From assembly GCA_963749495.1 (NCBI GenBank), contig CAVVMW010000010.1, positions 704,001 to 768,000 on the forward strand: a stretch of 64,000 nucleotides of DNA, read 5' to 3'. Under the pieces are notes generated by a model. The model saw nothing but the letters and a program-made list of their open reading frames with translations. It had not been told where the DNA came from and searched no databases. The DNA is from an uncultured bacterium. Its GTDB lineage: Bacteria; Verrucomicrobiota; Verrucomicrobiia; Limisphaerales; UBA8199. The number at the start of each line of letters is the position of its first letter. Position 1 is the stretch's first letter. Positions 1 through 10,016 of this stretch are shown in pieces. A program made the position numbers and the translations under genes.

Positions 1-568
1 CGGCGTGTGCCCCAGCCGAAGCCCCATCAGCCGGCGCGTCCCGTAGCGGATCAACTCCATCATCTCGCTGAAGGTCATCGAGCCATCCTTCACCTTCGTC
101 TCCCTGTCGTCCCCAGACTGTTTGCCCTCCTGGAGGATGCCGAGGGCGTTCCTGGGGACCCAAAAACTCTCAGGCAAAAGTCTCAGTAAACAGCCACGTT
201 TTCGGCACCCGGGGCGGGGGCGGAGCCCCGCCGACCGCCTTGGAGACACGGTCCGAGGCGACCTCTCTAAACCGCGCCAAACGAAGAAGGAGAGGGCATC
301 ACCGCCCCGACATCTCCGAATGGAGCCGGGCAATACGTTATCAACCAGACGCCTGCGAAAAAGGCACACCTGCGGATGGCTCCGGGACTCTCGGGGAATA
401 GTCTCAGGTAATTCCGTCCCCTGCGGCGGTGCACACACGTCCTGCGGGGTTAACAGGGCTGTTGGAAGGTTGGGTTGCGTGGCGGCCAAACCGGATGTAG
501 TGTCAAGGACTCCTCGGCCCTGGACATGGAATGTCGCGTGCCGCGAAGGCTGGCCGGGGGGGACGCGG

Positions 569-1060
569 ATGAGAGAGGTGACACAAATCCTAGAGGCGGT
601 TGGCGCTGGGGACGGGCAGGCGGCTGAGAAGCTGCTGCCACTGGTTTATGACGAATTGAGGCGGCTGGCGGCGGCGAAGATGGCCGGGGAGGCCCCGGGC
701 CAAACGCTGCAGCCTACCGCCTTGGTGCACGAGGCTTGGCACCGCTTGGCGGGCTCAAAACCGGTCCAATGGAACGGGCGGGCCCATTTCTTTGGAGCGA
801 CTGCGGAGGCCATGAGACGCATCCTGCTGGAGCGGGCTAGGAGGAAGGGCCGCATTCGCCACGGCGGGCAGTATGAACGCGTGGACTTGGAGCAAGTCAC
901 CCTGGCGACCAGAGACAAGGACGGTGTGATTCTGGCCGTTGACGAGGCATTGGAAAAGCTGGCCGAAATCGGGCCGCAGAAGGCCGAGGTTGACACGCTG
1001 GGACGTCGGCTCGCACCGAGCGGAATTGGTGACGAGACTGGACTGCGACGAACCGCTTGA
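569..1060 (+). pseudogene. ECF sigma-70 factor (TIGR02999-type), C-terminally truncated at about 990
   Basis: MREVTQILEAV..LLPLVYDELRRLAA..QTLQPTALVHEAW..RAHFFGATAEAMRRIL. Similarity to paralog 17623-18183 stops at KAEV, so the region-4 helix-turn-helix is missing. Confidence 0.85.
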
Positions 1061-1115
1061 GGGAGCGGATTTGTCGTCGGATGGGAAAATGCTGTTCACG
1101 GGCACGGGCAAGGGC
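990..1115 (+). pseudogene. Fragment of a WD40 repeat (probable remnant of the cognate Ser/Thr kinase)
   Basis: LTRWDVGS..LEGADLSSDGKMLFTGTGKG is a WD40-like blade fused out of frame to the sigma gene. Confidence 0.55.
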
Positions 1116-1223
1116 GCCGAACCGGGGACCTCATACCGATTTCGGAGTCGCACTGAGAGCGGTCGCCGCTTCGGCGGATGGGATGAATTGTCCTCGTGAC
1201 CGCCAAACTGGAAACGACTGTGT

Positions 1224-4200
1224 ATGAAGGCCATGAACATGAACCACGCGATCCAAAGAACGGTTGTGCCGTCTAATTCCAACAGGGGCCAGATCTCCAA
1301 ACTCCGGGGTGTCCGATACGGCCCTGTCGTATGCCTCGCCGCCTGGCTGTGCCGCGGCCAACCTGCTTCCGGGCAAACGCCGTTGCCTGACGATTTCAAC
1401 CCGGGGGCTGGCAACGGGGTCAATTCCCTTGCGGTCCAGGCCGACGGGAAGATTCTGGTGGGGGGCAACTTCACCACGCTGGGCGGGCAGCCGCGCAACT
1501 ACATTGGCCGGCTCAATGCCGATGGCAGTCTGGACAGCAGCTTCAACCCGGGGGCAGGGGGGCCTCGGGCTCCTATCCCTGCGTCTATTCCCTTGCGGTC
1601 CAGGCCGACGGGGAGATTCTGGTGGGGGGCGCGTTCACCACGCTGGGCGGGCAGACGCGCAATGGAATCGGGCGGCTCAATGCCGATGGCAGCCTGGATA
1701 GCAGCTTCAACCCAGGGGCGGCGTGGGTCTCCTATCCGTGCGTCTATTCCCTTGCGGTGCAAGCCGATGGGAAGATCCTGGTGGGGGGCTGGTTCAGCAC
1801 GCTCGGCGGGCAGCCGCGCAACGGGATTGGCCGGCTCAATGCCGATGGCAGCCTGGACAGCAGCTTCAACCCGGGGGCGGGGGCCTCGGCGCCTTGGGTC
1901 TTTTGCCTTGCGGCGCAGGCCGACGGCAAGATTCTGGTGGGGGGCGGCTTCACCAACTTGGTGGGGCAGACGCGTATCGGTATTGGCCGGCTCAATGCTG
2001 ACGGCAGCTTGGACGGCAGCTTCAACCCGGGGGTGGGGGCGGACCCGAATTCCGGCGGCCCCGGCGCCTATTCCCTCACAGTGCAGGCCGACGGCAAGAT
2101 TCTAGTGGGGGGTGATTTCATCACGCTGGGCGGGCAGTCCCGCACAAACATTGGCCGGCTCAATGCCGATGGCAGCCTGGACAGCAGCTTCGACCCGGGG
2201 GCTAACGGCCGAGTGGTTTCCCTTGCGGTGCAGGCCGACGGGAGGATCCTGGTGGGGGGTGGTTTCACGACGCTGGGCGGGCAGACATGCACAAACATTG
2301 GCCGGCTCAATGCCGATGGCAGCCTGGACAGCAGCTTCAACCCGGGGACCGACGGCGCCGTCAATTCCCTTGCGGTGCAGGCCGACGGGAAGATGCTGGT
2401 GGGGGGCGAGTTCACCACGCTGGGCGGGCAGACGCGCGGCTACATCGCCCGGCTCAACAACACCGGGCCAGCCACCCAAAGCCTGAGCTATGACGGCTCA
2501 ACCATCACCTGGCTGCGTGGCGGCAGCAGCCCCGAGGTCTGGCGTGTGACCTTCGACTTCTCGACCAACGCTTCGACTTGGAGTGGGTTAGGCGCCGGCT
2601 CGCGCGTCCCAGGAACTGGCTGGCAACTGACCAGCGTCTCTCCTCCACCCGGCGGGACCATTCGCGCCCGTGGTTACGCCACGGGTGGCGAATACAACGG
2701 GTCGGGCTGGTTCGTGGAGGCTTACTGGGGCAGCCTGGCGGTGGTGATTGAGCCCTCCAGCCTAGCCAATGATGCGGGAACCACTGCCGCATTGGCGGCG
2801 GTGGGTGGGGGGACCGAGCCGCTCGGCTACCAGTGGCTCAAGAACGGTGTGCCTTTGGTCAACGGCGGCAATGTCACCGGCGCGCTCACGCCCACCTTAA
2901 CCCTAAGCAACCTGCTCAAGGCTGACGAGGCTCAATACGCCGTGGTGGTCACGAACGCCTCGGGCAGCGTGACCAGCCTGGTGGCGACGCTGACGGTCAA
3001 CGACCCTGCCGTCACGGCCCAGCCGGCCAGCCAGCAAACGGAACAGGGCCAGAGCGCAACCTTAAGCCTGAAGGCAGCGGGTACGGAGCCTTTGAGCTAT
3101 CAGTGGTTGAAGGATGGCACGGTGCTGCCGTGGGCGACAGCCTCCGCTTTGACCCTCACCAATCTGCAAGGCGCCGATGCGGGCAACTACTCGGTGGTGG
3201 TCAGCAACGTCTATGCGAGCGTGACCAGCGCGGTGGCCGTGTTGACTGTTAACTCGGCCATTCTCGATAGCAGCTTCAACCCGGGGGTTGACGGCGAGGT
3301 CGATTCCCTTGCGGTGCAGACCGACGGGAGGATCCTGGTGGGGGGCCGCTTCACCACGCTGGGCGGGCAGACGCAGAACTACATTGGCCGGCTCAATGCC
3401 GATGGCAGCTTGGACAGCAGCTTCAACCCGGGGGCGGGGGCGGACCCGAATTCCGGCGTCCCCGGCGTCTATTCCCTCGCGGTGCAGGTCAACGGGAAGA
3501 TTCTGGTGGGGGGCTGGTTCACCACGCTCGGCGGGCAGACGTGCAACCACATTGGCCGGCTCAATGCCGATGGCAGCCTGGACAGCAGCTTCAACTCAGG
3601 GGCTGACAGCTACGTCGTTTCCCTTGCGGTGCAGGCCGACGGGAAGATTCTGGTGGGGGGCGGGCTCACCACGCTCGGCGGGCAGAGCTGCAATGGAATC
3701 GGGCGGCTCAATGCCGATGGCAGCCTGGACAGCAGCTTCAACGCGGGTGCCGACCTCTCGGTTGATTCCATTGTGGTGCAGGCCGACGGGAAGATTCTGG
3801 TGGGGGGCGTGTTCACCACGCTCGGCGGGCAGGGGCGCAATGCAATCGGGCGGCTCAATGCCGATGGCAGCCTGGACAGCAGCTTCAACGCGGTGGTGAA
3901 GTCGGAATGGAATCCCAACGTCTCTTCCCTTGCGGTGCAGGCCGACGGGAAGATTCTGGTGGCGGGCTTTTTCAGTTGGCTGGACGGGCAGCCGCGCAAC
4001 TACATGGGCCGACTCAATGCCGATGGCAGCCTGGACAGCAGCTTCAACCCGGGGATCGGGGCTCCTCTGCCAACGTCTCTTCCCTGGCCGTGCAGACTGA
4101 CGGGAGGATCCTGGTGGGGGGTGGTTTCACCACGCTGGGCGGGCAGACGTGCACAAACTTTGGCCGGCTCAATGCCGATGGCAGCCTGGACGGCAGCTTC

Positions 4201-4845
4201 AACCCGGGAGTGGGGGGCTCGTATTCCTACGTCAGTTCCCTTGCGGCGCAGGCCGACGGGAAGGTTCTGGTGGGCGGCGGCTTCACCACGCTGGGCGGGC
4301 AGACGTGCATAAACCTTGGCCGGCTCTACACCGGGCCAGCCACCAGTAGTCTCAGCTATGAGGGTTCGACCATCGCTTGGATACGTGGCGGCAGCAGCCC
4401 GGAGGTTTGGCGCACGGCTTTTGACTTTTCGGCCAACGATGTGGACTGGAACAGCCTCGGGGCGGGCACACGCATTGCGGGAGGCTGGCAGTTGACGAAC
4501 ACGTCGCTGCCGTCCACCACCGGCGCCATTCGCGCACGGGGTTTTGTCACTGGTGGTGAAGGCAACTGCTCGGCTTGGTTTGTGGAGAGCACGCTGCCGG
4601 TCGGCATTCCACCCTCCCCGCCGTCCATCCTCACCAGCGACGCGCGTTTCGGCTTCGGGGCCAATGGCTTTGGTTTCAACATCAGCGCTGTTGCCGGCCG
4701 AACCATCGTGGTCGAGGCCTCGACCAACTTGCTGAATTGGGCTCCCGTCGCGACCCACGTAATGGGCTCCGGTCCATTCTATTTCAGCGACCCTGGCGCA
4801 GGGGCTTTCCCGGCGCGCTTCTACCGTGCTCGCTGGGCGCCGTAA
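1224..4845 (+). CDS. Secreted delta-60-repeat beta-propeller protein (7+7 repeats, two Ig-like domains, verrucomicrobial C-terminal domain); frameshifts at about 1560 and 4060
   Basis: Signal-like N-terminus and 14 copies of [24 protein letters not shown]. Ig motifs YQWLKNG/YQWLKDG and C-terminal [15 protein letters not shown]. ORFs 1224-2105, 1622-4312 and 3907-4845 join at G-runs. Confidence 0.9.
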
Positions 4846-4907
4846 ACCAGCGGTTCCTGGGGCTGCTGAACCAGATCCGTCAGGAGTTGTCCAGGAGGTA
4901 AGCCATA

Positions 4908-5689
4908 GTGGGTCAGCGACATTCCCAGGCCAAGCTCGCGACAGAGTTGGAACTGAACCACGGCGAAGGGGTCCGGCCGAAAGGCCGACTGCCGTGAGTC
5001 GCGTTCCGCGATGACGTGGACGTGCTCCGAGTCTTTACCGCGGAGACCTGGCCGCGCAATGTCGTTGGCCACGCCCGCTTCAGCCCCGCTTCCGCGCGCC
5101 GGCGCGTGGACGAAATCTTGGCCCTGCACCTGGAGCGCCAGGCGGCTTGCCGTTGGATCCTCGGCCCCTCTCCGAACCGTCCGACCTGACGCAGCACCTG
5201 CGAACGTGCGGGTTTCGCTGCGAGATCCATACGACGGGCATGGCCTGCGAGCTAAACGCCACGCCCAAGCTTATCGCCCTACCGGAAGGTGTCGTCATCC
5301 TGCATGTGATGGAACCGCCGGCATTGGCCCCGTTGACCACCGAGTTCAAACAGCGGCGGCATCGTGGCCGTTCGCTGCCGGCGCGCGCCGAGCCGGAAAA
5401 GCGTCTGTGCTTCGCGGCCTATTCCGAGGATGAACCGGTTGGGGAGATCACCCTATTTCTCGCGGCTGGGGTGGCGGGCATCTACTATGTCGAGGTGACC
5501 AGGGAATGCCGCCGACGCGGGATCGGCGCGGCGTTGTTGCAGGCCGCCCTGGACCGAGCGCGTGAACTCGGCTTTGCGACAGCCGTGCCTGGCGCGACCA
5601 GGCTCGGACGTGGCGTGTATGCCCGTGCGGGTTTTCGGGACGTCTGCAAGATGAGCTTCTGGAGGCACGGGAGAACGCGCCAGAAATGA
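4908..5689 (+). pseudogene. GNAT-family acetyltransferase (in-frame TGA at 4995, frameshift at about 5168)
   Basis: C-terminal GIYYVEVTRECRRRGIGAALL..GVYARAGF acetyl-CoA motif. The upstream frame reads continuously from GTG 4908 apart from one TGA. Confidence 0.75.
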
Positions 5690-5820
5690 ACACGCCGGGA
5701 GCACTGGAAGCGCTGTTGGCCGAGTTGGAAACGCTCGGGCAGAACCATGATCGCAACTACCCTGAGCGTTGCCGCCGCATGCTCTGCATCACGCGCGACA
5801 CTGGTGAATTCCTCGCCGTT
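5686..5820 (+). pseudogene. O-methyltransferase N-terminal fragment, truncated at the island boundary
   Basis: MNTPGALEALLAELETLGQNHD..RRMLCITRDTGEFLAV resembles the start of CCoAOMT-like O-methyltransferases. It overlaps the GNAT stop (ATGA) and ends before the SAM-binding motif. Confidence 0.65.
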
Positions 5821-6558
5821 AAAGGGCCAGATTGCGGAAGCGATGCAAGCGCGGCGTCCTGAGGCAAGCCCGTAGCCGATTCCGCACTCGCGAGATCATC
5901 GTGTGCCGTCTGCAGCGCAAGCCGGTGCTGTTGGTGAGCCCGCGGGTGACATTTCCCGCGCTGGTGAAGCTCCAGGAGCACGTTCGCGACGACCCCATTG
6001 CGGCTGAGTGGCTGGACCAAGTCGCGACCGAGATCCCCATCAAACCTGACCCCAAGGCACTCCCAGTCTCTGGTATGTGCCCCTGGTGGGGGGCCGATCA
6101 CTTCTTCGACGGCTTTGGATTCCGATATTACAGAGCGCACTTCCGATGGCAGAGAGCCGTTTGAATTTGCTGGAAGCGTCCCGGCGGCTGGGGGACCGCG
6201 CTCCTTCCATTCCTGGAACGGCTGTCCAGGCATATCCCGCGAAGGTGGGATCATCGCGTCAAGCGCTTTGTCCGCAACGACGGTTGGCTGTTGTGGGATT
6301 TGCCGTATTAATTTGGGAGCGCCGTGAGCCGCGCGGTTGGCGCATCTGAGGGGTAATGCAGCAGCACGCCCCTGTCAGCATGGACAGCTTGGAGAACCGG
6401 CAGGCAAGATCGCCACATGGATCGCAACAGCAGCGCCTCCGCATCCCGCTCCATGATTCCCGGATGAGCCTCGGCACCGCACCGACCCCGCAGATCGGGG
6501 GCGGCGTTTCCGCGGCAAGCACGCAGGGTGCGAGGATTTTGCGGCCAACAAAAAACTC

Positions 6559-7410
6559 GTGATAAGCCAAACACCTAATCCGATCCTCAGCCTCGGCCCC
6601 TACTTCATCCCGAAGGCCCCGCAATCGCCAGACCTGGAGTTTGAGAACGCCTTTCTTTGGCCCTTGAACCTTGCGCTTGAGCTGGCGACCCCGAGGCGCC
6701 TTATGTCTGTCGAACTCTTCCGCCACGCCCCACGGTTCGACCTTCCTCCTCAACTCCGCGTGAAGTTCCCTCCCCGGAAGTCCAGCTTGGATGACGTCAA
6801 GTTCCCCAGGCGCCAACTCTCCTTCTCGATGCGATGCATCGTGCTCCAGGTCGTGGAGACGCCCATCGGCGACTTCGTCACCCTGGAACGTCTGCTCGCC
6901 GAGTTCTATGAGAAACGCTTGATATGCCGGCCTCTGCTCCAGGTCCTCCGGGAGTTGGAGGAAGCAACCAACCTCCCGAACCCCTCGACCCTCAATTGGG
7001 CAGAGGGGTTGTTGCTCCCGAGCGCCGAGGCTGAGGGATTCCGCCTGCAAGGGACCCTCGTGGAACCCATCTGCCCTCCGGCAGACTCCGCAACCGCCTA
7101 TGTGGGGATAGGCTGGGCACCCGGGCCGACAGCGGCGGCGGCCCACGCGAACTCCCTTCGGTTTCGGCTGTCAGAGTCGCGAGAGTTTCTTGATCAAGGG
7201 GATTGGCACGAAGCCCCCTTCCCCTCTCTTGGGCGGCTCCTTAGCCGGGAGCTTCAGCGCCTGGTCAAAGGAGGATCACCGCTGACCCTGCTCACTCCCG
7301 CCGGCAGACAGGCTGTGCGAGAGCAGGCCATAGTCGTGCCAGGCTTCCCTGCCCCCGCTCCTTTCGCCACGGAATCTCCAGGCAAACCCCCGGATGAAAC
7401 TCGAGCCTAA
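6559..7410 (+). CDS. Hypothetical protein
   Basis: 283-aa ORF with globular-like composition, co-oriented with downstream island genes. No recognised motif. Confidence 0.5.
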   Translation: MISQTPNPILSLGPYFIPKAPQSPDLEFENAFLWPLNLALELATPRRLMSVELFRHAPRFDLPPQLRVKFPPRKSSLDDVKFPRRQLSFSMRCIVLQVVETPIGDFVTLERLLAEFYEKRLICRPLLQVLRELEEATNLPNPSTLNWAEGLLLPSAEAEGFRLQGTLVEPICPPADSATAYVGIGWAPGPTAAAAHANSLRFRLSESREFLDQGDWHEAPFPSLGRLLSRELQRLVKGGSPLTLLTPAGRQAVREQAIVVPGFPAPAPFATESPGKPPDETRA

Positions 7411-7592
7411 GGCCACGACAATTGGTCGGCGCCGGCTCGCCAGCTTTAGGCGCGTGTGGGACTTCCGCCGCCAAGTCCCGCAGGGCGAGCCATCGCGGCT
7501 TCTGAGAGATTCCCTTCCTCCATCGGGTACGGCGTGTCCACGCATTCCGCATAACCCACTGACCGCCGTGAATTCGCCGCCACACAAAAGTC

Positions 7593-8270
7593 GTGACTAC
7601 AGACCTCACGATCATTATTGGGCCTCCAGCGCCCGGCGGCGTTTGCAGCGCGCGGAACCTGTTGGAGGCGTTAACCTCGGAGCAACGCAAGGAGCTCCAC
7701 GATTTCGCCGCCAAGCGGCTCGCGCGCGTGGCAAAAATCCCATCGTGCCAGCGTCGGCTGGCCGGGACTTCAGCCGACGAAATGGTCCACCGCGCCATCG
7801 AAGCGGCCCTGCTGGGTGAGCAGCAACCTCGCAAAGGACGGCGTTCTGAAGGCCAAGAACTGCCGCTCCACCGCGGCGTTCATCCTCTACCTGCAGAGCG
7901 TCATCAACAGCCAGCTCTCCAACCTGACGCGCTCGCTCGAAACCAACTGCGAGCACGTGCCCGTTGGCGACTGCTGGGAAAATCCGGACGCGGTTGAACC
8001 AGTCGACCTGGCGGACCTCTTGCGCCTTATCGAGCGCCGCGATCTGAAGGCCGTCTTGTTCGCGCGCCTCCGGCAGTGGGCGGCCGACCACGCCGGGTCC
8101 TGCGGATCATCGACTACTGGGAACAGCACTTCGAGGCCAGCGACCGGATCGGCCACCGCGGCTTCGATCAGAACCTCGTGCACCGCGTCCGCCTGAAGTC
8201 TCGGGAGATCTGCCGCGGGCTGACGCACGAGTTTCACCCGCAGGCAACCACCGGCCGGGAGATCTTATAA
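7593..8270 (+). CDS. Divergent ECF-sigma-like protein (frameshifts at about 7845 and 8097)
   Basis: Three overlapping ORFs join into ELHDFAAKRLAR..SADEMVHRAIEAALLGE..AFILYLQSVINSQLSNLTR (sigma region-2-like) and VLRIIDYW..QNLVHRVRLKSREI (region-4-like). Confidence 0.5.
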
Positions 8271-8332
8271 TGTGAAAGCCCGCCCCCAACTCCATCCTGG
8301 CGCGGCTCGCGCACCACCAGGGCCGCCCCCGG

Positions 8333-8357
8333 TTGAAAAAAAGTGATCTTTTTTCAA
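8333..8357. promoter_or_regulatory. AT-rich palindrome, candidate operator
   Basis: TTGAAAAAAAG-TGAT-CTTTTTTCAA lies in the intergenic region upstream of the HTH-phosphoesterase gene. Confidence 0.4.
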
Positions 8358-8499
8358 AAAGATTTTCCTCCTCGTCAGCTTATATCCTGTGGAAGGGACT
8401 GCGTCGGGCGAGGGACACGGCGGGTCGGCGGCGGTTTGCCGCCGGCCCGCTCCTTCGACCGCCCCCCGCAGAGGCCTTCCAGGACATCGCACTATAAGT

Positions 8500-10008
8500 A
8501 TGACGACGACGACAAACCCGCAGACCGACCCGCTCTATGACCGAGCCCGCCAGATCCTGGCGGCCAACCTCGGCATGGGCAAAGGCAAATTGGCAACACT
8601 GCTCGGGGTCAGGACCCCGACCTCGCGGCGCCTGCTCGAGCGCTGGCGCGGCGAGACCATGGGCCACGGCACCCACCCGGACTGCGTGAGAGTCCGCCAG
8701 CTCAAGGACCTCCACCCGGAGTGGGGGGCCGCCAGGATCGCGCAGAATCTTGGCCTCAGCATCGATCACGCCAAGCTCCACCTGGCGCGGTGGCTGGGGG
8801 CGCAGTCCTTTGGCGCCGCTGGCCCCGTCCAGGCGCTCCTCAACCCGGCAGCGTCGGCCGTCGCTCCCCCAGTGGAAGATGGGGCCGCGGGCGACCAATT
8901 CGAGGACACCACCAGCGGCGACCTGCGCGACTTGGCCTACCGCGGCACCGGCAAGCAATCGGTGGAGGAACTGCTGGCGAGCGCCAGGGTGGACCCGAGC
9001 ATCTGGCAGGTCAACCGGCAGAGCCTCAGCATGGCCGAGCGCCCCGCCAAGGAGCTGGTGGACTCGGAAGTCGAACCGCGCAAGATCCGGACCTACTCGA
9101 TCCGCGTGACGCTTCGGCGCCGCACCGCCGAGCTCAACTTCCAGGGCATCCTCGACGCCATGCTCCAGCAGTTCAGGAGCGCCGCGCCCGTGTTGCCCCC
9201 GCTCGTGCGCTCGCTCACGCGCCGTGGCCTCCTGGAAATCTCCATGCCCGACGGCCACCTCGGCAAGATCGCCCGGGGCGAGGAAACCGGAGGACGGGAC
9301 CACGATGCCGACATCGCCGAGAAGATGTTCCGCGACGCCCTGCAGGACCTGCTGGGCAAGGCCTCAATCATGCAGCCCGAAAAGGTGTTGTTCATCGCCG
9401 GCAACGACTTCCTTAACACGGACAACTTGGGGCGCACGACTACCGCCGGCACGCCGCAGGACGAAATGCTCCGCTGGCCGGAGAGTTTCGCGCGCGGCAA
9501 GCGCCTGCTGGTCTGGGCCATCAACCTGCTCCGGGAGGTCGCGCCTACGACCGTACTTATGGTCCCCGGGAACCACGACCAGCAACGCCTCCATTACCTG
9601 GGACATGTGCTTGAGGCCTGGTATCACAATACGGCCGACGTGACGGTCGATGCCTCTCCCCGGCTTCGCAAATACGTCCACTACCACGCGAACCTGCTGG
9701 GCTATTGCCACGGCCACGAGCCTCAGCGGCACCAGGCCCTTCCGGTTTTGATGGCGATCGAGCAGCCAGAGGCCTGGAGCAAGACTCGGCACCGCGCTTG
9801 GGGGCTGGGACATCTCCACGCCAAGCAGTCCCTGGTCTATGTTCCGCATCGCGACCTCAGCAGTGTGGCCGTGCGCATCCTTCCCTCCCTTTGCCCCGCA
9901 GACGCTTGGTCGGCAGGCATGGGCTACGTGGGCAAGCTCTCGGCGGAGGCCCATTTCTGGGATCCCGAGGATGGGTGCGTGGCCAGCTTCTATCACAGCC
10001 CTGCCTGA
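8500..10008 (+). CDS. Calcineurin-like metallophosphoesterase with two N-terminal HTH-like domains
   Basis: All five metallophosphoesterase motifs are present: DGHLG, GND, GNHD, HGH, GHLH. The N-terminus has DPLYDRARQIL..LATLLGV and HPEWGAARIAQNLGLS. Confidence 0.85.
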   Translation: MTTTTNPQTDPLYDRARQILAANLGMGKGKLATLLGVRTPTSRRLLERWRGETMGHGTHPDCVRVRQLKDLHPEWGAARIAQNLGLSIDHAKLHLARWLGAQSFGAAGPVQALLNPAASAVAPPVEDGAAGDQFEDTTSGDLRDLAYRGTGKQSVEELLASARVDPSIWQVNRQSLSMAERPAKELVDSEVEPRKIRTYSIRVTLRRRTAELNFQGILDAMLQQFRSAAPVLPPLVRSLTRRGLLEISMPDGHLGKIARGEETGGRDHDADIAEKMFRDALQDLLGKASIMQPEKVLFIAGNDFLNTDNLGRTTTAGTPQDEMLRWPESFARGKRLLVWAINLLREVAPTTVLMVPGNHDQQRLHYLGHVLEAWYHNTADVTVDASPRLRKYVHYHANLLGYCHGHEPQRHQALPVLMAIEQPEAWSKTRHRAWGLGHLHAKQSLVYVPHRDLSSVAVRILPSLCPADAWSAGMGYVGKLSAEAHFWDPEDGCVASFYHSPA

Positions 10009-10016
10009 ACCGCCCC

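Noticed and set aside
1..180. Open minus-strand frame running off the window edge (..MTFSEMMELIRYGTRRLMGLRLGHTP)
   Set aside because: Too little sequence to establish a gene or product.
5832..6560. Short ORFs at the left island edge
   Set aside because: No RBS, motif or codon-bias support, and several frames conflict.
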